Shown in pieces: positions 42,915 through 52,479 of a stretch of DNA of 64,000 nucleotides; the first letter of the stretch is position 1; each line of letters starts with the position of its first letter. A program made the position numbers and the translations under genes. Source of the stretch: an uncultured Planctomycetota bacterium (GTDB taxonomy: Bacteria > Planctomycetota > Planctomycetia > Isosphaerales > Isosphaeraceae); contig CAVTTN010000002.1 of NCBI GenBank assembly GCA_963737655.1, positions 3,744,001 through 3,808,000 of the forward strand, given 5' to 3'. Below the pieces are notes generated by a model. The model was given only the letters and a program-made list of their open reading frames with translations, searched no databases and was not told the origin of the DNA.

Positions 42915-43694
42915 CTATCCGAGATTTCGGGACGCCTCAACGGCCGTCCGCAGGGCCCGGACATGCGCCGAATCCGTCCCGCAACAGCCGCCCAGATAGC
43001 GCACCCCGGCCGAGAGCCAGCCGGCGACGGCCCCGGCGAACGCTTCGGGTCCATCCCGAGGCCCCGTCGGCAGTCCCGCGCTCGGCTTGGCGATCAGGGG
43101 AACCCCGATCCCTGCTAGCCTCGCGATCCCCTCGGAAACGTCCGCCAGGCCGCGCCCGCAATTCAAACCGATCGCGTCCGCGCCGAGATCGACTAGCCGG
43201 CGAACGGCGTCCGGGAACGCCTCGGGCAAGAACGCCAGGCTAACCAGCAGGCGACCCCGCCCGGCGAGCGCCTTCGTCCCGAGCTCCGCCTCCTGGACAT
43301 CGTGGGTCTCCAGGATCAGGGCATCCACGCCCGATTCCCTCAGCAAATCGGCCTGCTCGCGATAAGAATCCGCCCCGCCCCGGGCCGAGGTCGGTCCGAT
43401 CGAGCCGAAAACCAGCCGGTTCGGCCCCGCGGCCTGCCTCGCGAGTCTTGCCCCGGCCCGGTTGATCGCCTCGAACCGGCCGCCGAGCCCTCGCGATTCC
43501 AACCACGGACGGCTGGCGCCGAAGGTATTGGTGAGGACCGCGTCCGAACCGGCCTCGAAGTCGTCCCGATGGAGCTCGAAGACCCATTCGGGCCGGTCGA
43601 GATTGAGCGCGGAGAGGTCGCCCGCCGATGGGTCGGCGCCTCGGGCGATCAATCGAGTGCCGAGAGCGGCGTCGAGGACGATCGGCCGGTCAAT
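42915..43694 (-). CDS. Homocysteine S-methyltransferase family protein (start uncertain)
   Basis: IVLDAALGT; AGSDAVLTNTFGA; GSIGPT; GVDALILET; Zn ligands in GLNC and GGCCG. Confidence 0.85.
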   Translation of the reverse strand: MDRPIVLDAALGTRLIARGADPSAGDLSALNLDRPEWVFELHRDDFEAGSDAVLTNTFGASRPWLESRGLGGRFEAINRAGARLARQAAGPNRLVFGSIGPTSARGGADSYREQADLLRESGVDALILETHDVQEAELGTKALAGRGRLLVSLAFLPEAFPDAVRRLVDLGADAIGLNCGRGLADVSEGIARLAGIGVPLIAKPSAGLPTGPRDGPEAFAGAVAGWLSAGVRYLGGCCGTDSAHVRALRTAVEASRNLG

Positions 43695-44743
43695 GGTCCT
43701 GGACCTTCTTGCGATAGCGCGCTGACCCGGACGAGGAAGCGGTTTTCCTCGTCGGTCAGGCTGGCGCGGCCGTCCTGGTGGATCTTCTGGAGGATCTCGT
43801 CCATCCGCTGCTCCTCGGCCGCCACGCGGGCCTCCCGGCGACGGCGGCGGAGGTCCGACCGCCTCCTCCTCCAGCGTTTCAGGGCGCTTTCGCGGAACGG
43901 GCGGACCGTGGGCGCCCCGGCTTCGAGGCTGGTATACCCCTGCGAGAAATCGTAGCCGAAGACGCCCTCGTCGAAGAATCCGCCCTCGTCGAGCATCCGG
44001 GCCTCGATCCGAACCATCCACTCGATCAGCAGGGCCAGGCCGATCAATTCGGGGCCGCCGGGGTTCTGGATCCACAACCAGCGAACGAGGCCGATGAGCG
44101 CGAGGATGGCGGCGCAGGCCCGGGCCGTCCAGGGCCCGATCAGGCCGTCCCGGGACCGGCTGGCCATGACCGCCCGGAAGACCCGGCCGCCGTCCAGGGG
44201 CATGGCGGGGATCAGGTTCGCGACGAACAGGACCCAGTTGAGATACCCGAACCAGCCGAACCACCAGGCCGGCTTGAACGCCGCGATCGGGCCCGCCGCG
44301 GTGAACGGGGCGCCGCCGGTGGTCCCGCTGCCGAACGGGTTGAAGACCATGTGGATGCCCGACAGGCGAAGGCCGATCGCCGTGCCCAGGGCCAGGCCGA
44401 GGCTCGCGGCCATCCCGCCCAGGACGGTCAACGCCGCCTCGGGCGACCGCTCCGAGGCCGTCATCCCCGGCCCGGCCAGGTGCCCGAGGGGCCAGAGCCG
44501 GATCTCCTCCGGCTCGCCGCCCACCCGCGAGGAGATGGCGGCCTGGGCCATCAGGCGGATCGCCAGCGCGAGCATCAGCAAGGCGAGCCAGGCGGCCGCC
44601 TCGATCACCGGATGCGGCCGATCCTTGATCCAGGCCGCCTCGAAGAGCTTCCCCGCGGCGAAGATCAGCAACAGGGCGTGGGCCCGGACTCGCGTCTGGC
44701 CCCACCGGCCCAGGCTGATCGACCACGTCAGCGGATCGGTCAT
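43649..44743 (-). CDS. Site-2 protease (M50) family membrane protein lacking HExxH, with a DUF6576-like C-terminus; probable frameshift near 43720
   Basis: WSISLGRW...VRAH; NLIPAMPLDGGR retained; FGYDFSQGYTSLE; MDEILQKIH..G..SLT.EE..FL. A shifted frame gives VSARYRKKVQDH* near 43690. Confidence 0.8.
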   Translation of the reverse strand: MTDPLTWSISLGRWGQTRVRAHALLLIFAAGKLFEAAWIKDRPHPVIEAAAWLALLMLALAIRLMAQAAISSRVGGEPEEIRLWPLGHLAGPGMTASERSPEAALTVLGGMAASLGLALGTAIGLRLSGIHMVFNPFGSGTTGGAPFTAAGPIAAFKPAWWFGWFGYLNWVLFVANLIPAMPLDGGRVFRAVMASRSRDGLIGPWTARACAAILALIGLVRWLWIQNPGGPELIGLALLIEWMVRIEARMLDEGGFFDEGVFGYDFSQGYTSLEAGAPTVRPFRESALKRWRRRRSDLRRRRREARVAAEEQRMDEILQKIHQDGRASLTDEENRFLVRVSALSQEGPGPLTGRSSSTPLSALD

Positions 44744-44852
44744 GGGTATCCATCCGAGGCGGGTTGCGGACGGTCCGACCATGTCCCCGCCAACCAATCC
44801 AGTGTAGCAATGCCGGGAAGCCCCTGCAACGGAGCGCGCCCGGCCCCTCCCC

Positions 44853-46145
44853 TCAGGGCCGGCTCGCCATCGGTGCCGACTCCCGGACTTTGGGGGAGGC
44901 GATCTCCGCGAGCGTCCGGTCGAAGGCGTCGTGGTGCTCGAAGAAGCCGCAATGCCGGGCCGGGGCGAGCTCTTGCAGCGAGGCCGCGGGCATCTCCTCG
45001 GCCATCTTCCGGCTGGCCTCGGGCAAGCAGGTGGCGTCCTTGTCCCCCGTGACGACCAGGCACGGCACGGGCAGGACCGGCGGGACGGCCGTCGCGTCGT
45101 ACCGGATCATCCCCAGCATCCCCCGGGCCAGGACGGCCGGCGAGGCCCTCGGCACGAACCGGGTGAGGAAGTCGAGCTGCTCGGACGTCTCGGTCCCCGC
45201 GAACGACGATTTCGCCGTGGACCGCCGGGCCGACCCATTCCAGTAGCTCAGCCAGTTCATGCCCCAGACCAGCGGCGACAGGGCAATCGTCAGGTGCATC
45301 AGGGGGACCAGGACCGGCCTTTCCAGGGCCTTGTAGAACGCCGCGTTTCGGGTCGTCGTCACCGGGTCGGTGTACGTCGTGTTCGTCAGGACGAGCGCCG
45401 AGACCTTCGAGCCCAGGGCGTCCGGGTGGGTGCGGGCATAGGTCAGCGCGATCATCCCGCCGATGCTGTGCCCCACCAGGACCGCCGGCCGTCCCCCGGC
45501 CAGGTCGATCACGGCGTCGAGGTGCCCGGCGAGCGTCTCCAGGCGATAATCGCCGTCGTCGGGCCTCTTCGACTTCCCGAGCCCGGGGAGGTCCCAGAGG
45601 ATCAGCCGATACCGATCGCCCAGGCTCTGCTTCACGTACGTCCAGGCCGTGCTGTCCAGCCCCCAGCCGTGGGTCAAGACCATCGGGACGGCTTCCGGAG
45701 GGCCGACGAACTCGACGTGGATCTCGGCGCCTCCCGGCCGCTTGAGGGTGACGAACTCCGGGCTCCGATCGGCCCGGGGCGGGACGTTCCGCCTCTTCGA
45801 ACCGGCCCCCCGAGCGGCCTCGGTCCCGCTCAGCCAGGCCGACATCAGCCGCCCGCCCAGCAGCGCCCAGACGACCAGGGCCACGGCGCCGATCAGCTCG
45901 GCCGTCTCGCGATTGGCCCCGGGGTGGAACTCGTAGCGGCGGATCACCCGCCGAGGCCGGACCTCCGGGACCTCCCGCCCCGATCCGTCGGTCGATTCGC
46001 GGACGACCTCCCCCGGCTGGACCGCCACGACGACCTGCGAATCCTCGTACCAGCTCCGGAACAGCCAGGCCGACCCCGCGAGGATCGCCACCGCCAGGAG
46101 GCCCCGGAACCACATCCCGAGGATGGACGTCGGCAAGAAATACAT
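44853..46145 (-). CDS. Membrane-anchored alpha/beta hydrolase
   Basis: Two N-terminal TM segments; LTHGWG; WDLPGLGKS; GHSIGG; GDKD; RHCGFFE. Confidence 0.88.
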   Translation of the reverse strand: MYFLPTSILGMWFRGLLAVAILAGSAWLFRSWYEDSQVVVAVQPGEVVRESTDGSGREVPEVRPRRVIRRYEFHPGANRETAELIGAVALVVWALLGGRLMSAWLSGTEAARGAGSKRRNVPPRADRSPEFVTLKRPGGAEIHVEFVGPPEAVPMVLTHGWGLDSTAWTYVKQSLGDRYRLILWDLPGLGKSKRPDDGDYRLETLAGHLDAVIDLAGGRPAVLVGHSIGGMIALTYARTHPDALGSKVSALVLTNTTYTDPVTTTRNAAFYKALERPVLVPLMHLTIALSPLVWGMNWLSYWNGSARRSTAKSSFAGTETSEQLDFLTRFVPRASPAVLARGMLGMIRYDATAVPPVLPVPCLVVTGDKDATCLPEASRKMAEEMPAASLQELAPARHCGFFEHHDAFDRTLAEIASPKVRESAPMASRP

Positions 46146-46291
46146 CGTTGCTAACCTTTCGACTCGTGCCTCGCTCCGCGAACCCGATCGTCCCCACGTC
46201 GCAACTCGCGCGCCGATCGGTTGGGCTTGCCCGGCCCGGGGGCCTCGCTACAATCCCCCCGAGTCCCGACCGCCCGGCAGGAGGCCCGTCG

Positions 46292-46861
46292 ATGAAGACC
46301 CGCCGACGCATCGCCCTCGGCGTCCTCGTCGCGCTGGGGGCGACCGCCGCCGGACTCGCCCAGACATGGCCTCGATGGTTCGAGGTCCGCGTCCGGGCCG
46401 TCGAGCCGGGCCGGATCTATCGAGGCGCCTGGCAGAAGACCGGCCCCCTGCTCCGCCTCCTGGCGCGGGAGAAGGTCCGGACGGTCGTCACGCTGACCGC
46501 CATCAACCGCGACGATCCGAAATATGTCGAACAATCCGCGGCGCTGGCGGAGGCCGGGGTCAACTGGATCATCGTCCCCATGAGGGGCTCGACGGCCTCC
46601 CTGGATCAGATGGCCGAGGCCGCCGACCTCGTGGCCGACCCGGCCCTCCAGCCCGTTTTTTTCCATTGCGTGGGCGGCCACCACCGCTCCAACCTGGTCC
46701 AGGCCGCCTATCGCGTCCGCCACCAGGGCTGGACCGCCGATCGAGCCTGGGACGAGCTGAAATCGCTCTCGTGGACCCGCCCCTCGGCCCCGGCCGACCG
46801 TTCCGACCGCGCCCGGATCGAGGCCTTCGCCGCCAGGGTCGCCAATGGGTCGCGACGATGA
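46292..46861 (+). CDS. Cys-dependent (PTP/DSP-like) phosphatase 1
   Basis: N-terminal signal or TM segment; IYRGA; CX5R motif FHCVGGHHRS; GGAGG RBS. Confidence 0.85.
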   Translation: MKTRRRIALGVLVALGATAAGLAQTWPRWFEVRVRAVEPGRIYRGAWQKTGPLLRLLAREKVRTVVTLTAINRDDPKYVEQSAALAEAGVNWIIVPMRGSTASLDQMAEAADLVADPALQPVFFHCVGGHHRSNLVQAAYRVRHQGWTADRAWDELKSLSWTRPSAPADRSDRARIEAFAARVANGSRR

Positions 46862-47589
46862 CCCGCCGCCTCGTCCGGCCGATCATTCGCGTCCTGTTCG
46901 TCGCGGTCCTGGCCGTGGGTGCGTTCGTCGCGGCCCGCTGGGCCTCGGGGAACGTGGGGACGGTCCAGGCCGGGCGGATCTATCGCGCCGGCCAGCCCTC
47001 GCCCTCGAAGATCGCCGGGCTCGCCCGCCGATATCGGCTCAGGACCGTGGTGAACCTCCGCGGAGAGAACGGCGATCAGCCGTGGTATCGCGGCGAACGG
47101 GCCGCCTCGCTCGACGCCGGCGCTTCCCAGGTCGATTTCCCGATGTCCTCCGACCAGTGGCTCTCCCGCGAGCAATTCGCCACCCTCATCGAGCTCCTGG
47201 ACACATCCGAATACCCGATTCTCGTCCACTGCGAGTGGGGCGCCGAGCGGACCGGGCTGGTCTCGGCCGTGGCCGAGCTGCTCCGCCCCGGCGCGTCCCT
47301 GGCCGACGCCCGGGCCCAGTTCTCCCCGTACTATCTGTTCCTGCCGATGAAGGACGGCCTGGTGATGAGGGGCCATCTCGACCGCTACGAGGGCTGGCTG
47401 GCGGCGTCGCGGACCGTGCATTCGTCCGAGGCCTTCCGACGGTGGGTGGCCCACCACTACTGGCCCGGCAGCCCGAGCCGCGAATACTGGCCCGAGGACG
47501 TCTATCCCCTGAAGGTCGTGACCAGGCCGGGAGGCCGGAGGGTCGCCCTCTGGGGCCAGTTCGCCAGAGAACGCACGATCCGCCGCTGA
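46858..47589 (+). CDS. Cys-dependent (PTP/DSP-like) phosphatase 2
   Basis: ATGA overlap with the previous gene; TM segment; IYRAGQP; TVVNLRG; CX5R motif VHCEWGAERTG. Confidence 0.85.
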   Translation: MTRRLVRPIIRVLFVAVLAVGAFVAARWASGNVGTVQAGRIYRAGQPSPSKIAGLARRYRLRTVVNLRGENGDQPWYRGERAASLDAGASQVDFPMSSDQWLSREQFATLIELLDTSEYPILVHCEWGAERTGLVSAVAELLRPGASLADARAQFSPYYLFLPMKDGLVMRGHLDRYEGWLAASRTVHSSEAFRRWVAHHYWPGSPSREYWPEDVYPLKVVTRPGGRRVALWGQFARERTIRR

Positions 47590-47644
47590 TGCCGAGGATC
47601 GGCTTTGGAGCCGCTACCGTTCGGATGAGGCGGTTGATCATTCC

Positions 47645-47696
47645 TAGGGCAGGCCTTGGCCTGCCGTCGGTCTCGGCAGGCCAAGGCCTGCCCTAC
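47645..47696. repeat. REP-like inverted pair (second GTAG-type family) between convergent genes
   Basis: tagggcaggccttggcctgccg (47645..47666) and cggcaggccaaggcctgcccta(c) (47674..47696) form a perfect 22-bp inverted repeat; each arm is itself an imperfect palindrome. Confidence 0.75.
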
Positions 47697-47750
47697 GAGG
47701 GCGCAGAGGACCGTTCGGAAGTCTACCGCTACAGTCAAATGAAAATCGCA

Positions 47751-49235
47751 CTAATCCGCCGGGACGCAGCGGTCCTTCGCCCAGGCGCGGAGCTCGCGGA
47801 TCTTCTCGGCCATCGTCACGGCCAGGGTGCGCGTGGTGGCGATCTCGGCCAGGAGGTGCGACGTGGTGACCTCCTGGTCCTCGGCGAACGCGGCGTACAT
47901 CGCGGCGACGATCGCCGACTCGATCTCCGCCCCGCTGAAGCCGTCGGCGGCCTCCGCCAGCCGGTTCAGGTCGAACGCCTCGGGCTTCCTCTTGCGCTTC
48001 TTGAGGTGGATCCCGAAAATCCTGGCACGCGAAGGCGCATCGGGGAGGTCGACGAAGAAGATCTCATCGAATCGCCCCTTCCTCATCAGTTCCGGCGGCA
48101 GCGCCGAGATGGTGTTGGCCGTGGCCACGAGGAAGATCGGGTGCCGGTGGTCCTGCATCCAGGAGAGGAGCGTGCCGAACATCCGCTGCGACAGCCCGCC
48201 GTCGGCCGAATCCGCGCCGGCCGAGGCGAACGCCTTCTCGATCTCGTCCACCCACAGGACGACCGGGGCCATCGCCTCGGCCTGGGCCAGCGCCTGCCGC
48301 AATCGCCCCTCGCTCTCCCCCACGAATTTCTGATAGAGCACGCCCGGGTCGAGCCGGAGCAGGGGCATGTTCCAGTCGCTCGCCACGACCTTCGCGCACA
48401 GGCTCTTGCCGCATCCCTGGACGCCCAGCAGGAGCATCCCCCGAGGGGCGTCCAGCCCGTAATCGCGCGCCTTCTTGCCGAGCGCCCCCCGGCGTTTCTT
48501 GAGCCATCGCTTGAGGTTCTCCAGCCCGCCGATCTCGTCCGGGCCGAAGTCCGTGGCGATCGTCTCCAGGCAGCCCGAGGAACCCAGGAGCATCCGCTTG
48601 GCGTCCAGGATGCGCGGGAGGTCCTCTCCGTTCAAAATATGATCGTCGAGGATCGCCGAGGCGACCACCCGCCTCGCCTCCGAGCCGGTGAGGCCCCGGA
48701 GGCTCTGGATCATCTGCTCCGCCTGCCCCTTGCTGATCTCGGCGCGGACCTCCACCAGGCTCCTCGCGCGGACCTGCCGGAACGTGTCGCGGACGACCCG
48801 CTCCAGTTCCTCCGCGTCGGGCATCTTCACCGGGAACGGCACGCACGACCGCCGGACCGCGTCGGGCAGGGGAGACGCATCGACCAGGATCAACGCGAAC
48901 TCGGGCGAGCCGTCGCGGTCGCGGAGGTCTCGGACCATCCTCTGGAGGTACGGATCGCCCGCATGGGCGCCAAAGTCGTTGAACACATAAACGGCCGGCT
49001 CCTCGGCGTCCCGGACGTGGATCAGGGCCTCGTCCGGCTTGTTCGGGACCACGAACACCGAGCCGTCCGTCGCGCCATCGCCGGCCAGGCCCGTGGTGAT
49101 CGACCACCGCACGAGAGGCCAGTTCTGCTCGGCCGCCAGCGACCGGGCGATCGCCAGCGCCTTCGGCTCGTCGGCCGTCTCCATCGCGATCACGCGATTG
49201 CCCGACCGGACCAGCAATCCCAGATTATCCAGCAT
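47751..49235 (-). CDS. AAA+ ATPase, Ycf46-like
   Basis: IGGLENLKRW; Walker A GVQGCGKS; FVGESE; Walker B LWVDEIEK; ATAN; LPPELMRKGRFDEIFFVDLP; LRAWAKDRCVPA. Confidence 0.9.
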   Translation of the reverse strand: MLDNLGLLVRSGNRVIAMETADEPKALAIARSLAAEQNWPLVRWSITTGLAGDGATDGSVFVVPNKPDEALIHVRDAEEPAVYVFNDFGAHAGDPYLQRMVRDLRDRDGSPEFALILVDASPLPDAVRRSCVPFPVKMPDAEELERVVRDTFRQVRARSLVEVRAEISKGQAEQMIQSLRGLTGSEARRVVASAILDDHILNGEDLPRILDAKRMLLGSSGCLETIATDFGPDEIGGLENLKRWLKKRRGALGKKARDYGLDAPRGMLLLGVQGCGKSLCAKVVASDWNMPLLRLDPGVLYQKFVGESEGRLRQALAQAEAMAPVVLWVDEIEKAFASAGADSADGGLSQRMFGTLLSWMQDHRHPIFLVATANTISALPPELMRKGRFDEIFFVDLPDAPSRARIFGIHLKKRKRKPEAFDLNRLAEAADGFSGAEIESAIVAAMYAAFAEDQEVTTSHLLAEIATTRTLAVTMAEKIRELRAWAKDRCVPAD

Positions 49236-49344
49236 CGGAGCCTGCCCCCGGGTCCCGCACGACCTGGAAATCTGGGTGATATGCTCACGTCTTCGTGAAC
49301 AGGTCCCCGGCCGTGGCCAACGGCCAAAGACATGCTCACTTTTA

Positions 49345-49359
49345 TGCAAGCATGCCGCC
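49345..49359 (-). promoter_or_regulatory. Possible sigma54 -24/-12 promoter for the AAA ATPase
   Basis: Minus strand reads GGCGGCATGCTTGCA (GG-N10-GC with TTGCA), about 110 bp upstream of ATG 49235 in an AT-rich intergenic region. Confidence 0.4.
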
Positions 49360-49961
49360 CAGGAAACGAACCGTCGAGGTCCAGCCCGAGACTCTAACGG
49401 CTCCGGGACGATCCCGCCAACCAATTCCCGAATCCCACGGTCAGATTGCATGCATGGATTTGCAACAGATCAGTCTGTTTTGTTCCATGGAACTTGACAA
49501 CAATTTCGGGAACTTGACTACACTTTCGTCCTCGAACATGCCTCAAACGGCCTGAAACAAGCCAAATCCTGCATGTCAACGACTCTTGCCAGCGGCAAAA
49601 TTCAGACATCTGAATTTTTTGGAAATAACGCCGCAAAGCAAGCCCTTGACAAAAGATGTGGCGACGACTCCGAATTGTTTCGAGGAACGAAAACCTGTCC
49701 GAAATGCGCAGTGTCGGTCCATCGGCCGGAGGCCGTCGAGATCGTCGTTCCGGATGTCACTCCGGGCCCGGTCGTGACATCTTGGGCGCGCCTCGTTGCG
49801 GATTGGGCGATCGGGCGGACCGTCGGCCCCGATGATGGACGGAAAGGGTCCGGCCGAGAATCGCGGGGAGCACGCCTCGCCGGGATTGTCCCGGGGCGGT
49901 CCGCCCCGTACCTTACCTTTGCGGGGCAGTCCGTCACCCGGAGCAGATCGGAAGGCGCGTG

Positions 49962-51461
49962 ATGATGGGGGCCGTCCTGGCGATGATCTTGATGGGTCCG
50001 CCGCTCGCGGCCGACGGCCCGGCGGTCTCCGTCCAGCTCGACCGCCCCGACGAACTCCTTCGGCGAGTGCTGGACTGCTTCGGCGGGACGGGGTTTTCGG
50101 GACCGGCCGAGGTCCTGGCCGCCTGGCGGAAGACCCCGGCCGGCGCGGCCGGCCTGGGCAAGCCGATGGAGGCCGGGATTGCCGCGCTCAACCCGTTCAT
50201 GGTCGCCGAGTTACGGATTCTTGACGGGACGGAGATCGCGATCGAATCCCCGGCCCCTCTGGCCTGGTGGGCCGCCGTCCCCCGCGACGACGGCAGCTTC
50301 GCCGCGACCGCGCCGGCCCTCGGCCTGACTGACGGCGCAGCCGAAACTCCGCTGAATGGAGCCGCCGTCGATCGGCTCGGCCCTCCCGGCTCGGCCCTGA
50401 TCGCCCGTCGAGGAAGAACCCTCGCCCTGGCGAACTCGCGAGCCGGACTCGGTTCGGGACTCAAGCGAGCCCAGGCACTCGCCGCGACGGACATCGATCG
50501 CCATCGTTCACCAGGGCTGCGTTTGGTCCTGAATCCCGATCGGCTCGCGGCGGCCTCGTCGATCGAGGCGAGACAGGTGGCCGAGGCCCTCCGAGGGCTG
50601 GGTTGTCGGTCCCTGGAGGCCGTGGCGACGATCGAGGGAGACCGTCTGCTCGTGAACGTCCGCTCGGCCCGGACCGGGGCGGCGCCCCCTGGCCGGATTG
50701 ATCCGTCCTGGCTCGCGGCGATCCCCGCGAATGCCTCGGCCGCGTTCGCTTTCGCGTGGGATGGTTCGCCCGGGGCCTGGAATGCCCGGTTTGCCGCCGC
50801 CGATCGGGTCGAGAAGGCGGACCCTGCGAATGCGAAGCTCGCGCCGATCCGGGTCCGGCTGAACCTCCTGGCGTCGGCCGCCGGCATCCGGCCCGAGGTC
50901 GACCTCTGGCCCAAACTCCTGGGGATTTCGGGCTTTGCGACCTCCGAGGGGTCGCGATGGACCGGCGGAGCGATGGGCTTGCACCTGATCGACGAGGCCT
51001 CGGCGGGGAGGGTCCTCGAACGCGTCCTCCCGACGATCGCCCGGGCGTTGCAGCTCTCACCAATCGGCCCCGACGGCGATTCGACGCGGCTGGGCGAGTT
51101 CGCCGGCCGCCCTCTGGTCGCATTTCGTCGCCATCGAGCGGTCTGGATCGCCTGGGGACCGGAAGCGAGGCTCGGGATGGTCAAGGCGAGCGACTTGCCG
51201 GATGGCGGGGCGATCCTCGGCGCCCTTTTGGGCGATCGGCCCGCCTCGCGGTTCCTCGTGGCCTGGCCCGGCCGGATCGTCCCGAGCGGCTTTGGCCCCC
51301 TCTGGAAAGACGCCCTCTCGGCGGCGTCGCCGATCGTCTGGCGAGGCTTCGAGGAGCCGGATCGAGCCGAGGACGACGTGGTCTGGTCGAGCCTGAAACC
51401 GGCCGTCGGCCGATTCGTTCTGGGCCTGCCACTCGATCCGCAACTCAGGACCGGGAAATAG
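49962..51461 (+). CDS. Hypothetical exported protein
   Basis: ~500-aa ORF with a signal-peptide-like N-terminus, 1 bp upstream of the next gene. Confidence 0.7.
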   Translation: MMGAVLAMILMGPPLAADGPAVSVQLDRPDELLRRVLDCFGGTGFSGPAEVLAAWRKTPAGAAGLGKPMEAGIAALNPFMVAELRILDGTEIAIESPAPLAWWAAVPRDDGSFAATAPALGLTDGAAETPLNGAAVDRLGPPGSALIARRGRTLALANSRAGLGSGLKRAQALAATDIDRHRSPGLRLVLNPDRLAAASSIEARQVAEALRGLGCRSLEAVATIEGDRLLVNVRSARTGAAPPGRIDPSWLAAIPANASAAFAFAWDGSPGAWNARFAAADRVEKADPANAKLAPIRVRLNLLASAAGIRPEVDLWPKLLGISGFATSEGSRWTGGAMGLHLIDEASAGRVLERVLPTIARALQLSPIGPDGDSTRLGEFAGRPLVAFRRHRAVWIAWGPEARLGMVKASDLPDGGAILGALLGDRPASRFLVAWPGRIVPSGFGPLWKDALSAASPIVWRGFEEPDRAEDDVVWSSLKPAVGRFVLGLPLDPQLRTGK

Positions 51462-51462
51462 G

Positions 51463-52392
51463 ATGCGTCCGCTTCGCCTGATTGATCTCCATCTGGACTG
51501 GCTCGCGCAGTACGCCCCCGAAACCTCGCTGTTCCCGGCCGGCAGCCATCGGACCGTTTCGACCCGGCTGGGTCAGGTCGAGGGCTACCTCGGGGCGACC
51601 TCCGCGGCCGTGGTCTGGGCCTCGGCCGACCCCGATCGGGGCTGGCCGGCGCTCGGCGACCTGATCGCCCGGGTCGAGGCCGAGTTCTCCGGCCGCTTGC
51701 TCACAGGCCCCACCGACCTCGCCCGATGGGCCGACGACCCCGACGGCCTGACCTGGGCCGTCCTCGGAATCGCCGGGATCGGACCGATGTTGAAGGCCGA
51801 TAACGATTTCGAGCGCCTGAATCAACTCATCGCCCGAGGGGTCCGCGTCGTTCGAACTGCCGCCCTCGGCCCGGAAACTTGCGAGGAACTGGTTAATTCA
51901 GCCGTTCTAGAGAGACTGGCGAAAGAGACCACGGTGAAGGTGGCCATCGATTTGGGAGGGCTGGATGCGGAGAGGGCCTCGAAGGCGATCGAGGAATTCG
52001 AGAAGGCGAACGATCGCCAGACGGGCCCGGTCCCGATGGTAAGTCTCACCGGGATCGATTCAGCGGCCCTCGGCGCGTCTGGGCTCGCCCGGGTCCGGGC
52101 CCTGGGCGGAATCATCGGGCTGGCGATCGGCCCGCCGTTCTTCGCCTCGAAGGACGCGATCCGCGAAGCCGTGGCCTCGATCGCGGCGCTCCCGTTTCGC
52201 GGCCAAACCGGGCCGGAAGGGATCGCCCTGGCCACGAATTTCCTCGGGATGGATCGGCCGATCCATGGCCTGGAGGACGCCGAAGACGTGGTCCGATGGG
52301 TTCGGGCCGAGTTCGACCCGCCGACCGCCCGGCTCCTCCTGGCGGGGAATGCGGAGACGTGGATTCGGTCGCTGGTCGGGGGGATGGGCTGA
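51463..52392 (+). CDS. Membrane (renal) dipeptidase M19-like protein, degenerate
   Basis: IDLHLD; RGVRVV; RVRALGGIIGL; IALATNFLG; LLAGNA match the M19 layout, but most metal ligands are substituted. Confidence 0.65.
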   Translation: MRPLRLIDLHLDWLAQYAPETSLFPAGSHRTVSTRLGQVEGYLGATSAAVVWASADPDRGWPALGDLIARVEAEFSGRLLTGPTDLARWADDPDGLTWAVLGIAGIGPMLKADNDFERLNQLIARGVRVVRTAALGPETCEELVNSAVLERLAKETTVKVAIDLGGLDAERASKAIEEFEKANDRQTGPVPMVSLTGIDSAALGASGLARVRALGGIIGLAIGPPFFASKDAIREAVASIAALPFRGQTGPEGIALATNFLGMDRPIHGLEDAEDVVRWVRAEFDPPTARLLLAGNAETWIRSLVGGMG

Positions 52393-52399
52393 GAATCCC

Positions 52400-52469
52400 T
52401 GCCGGGTCCGCGGACGGCCCCCCGCCGATTCGAGGAAGAATGGGCGAGGCGCCGTCCGCGGACCCGGCA
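52400..52469. repeat. 19-bp perfect inverted repeat between convergent genes (terminator or REP-like)
   Basis: tgccgggtccgcggacggc (52400..52418) and gccgtccgcggacccggca (52451..52469). Confidence 0.7.
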
Positions 52470-52479
52470 AGGGGCGATC

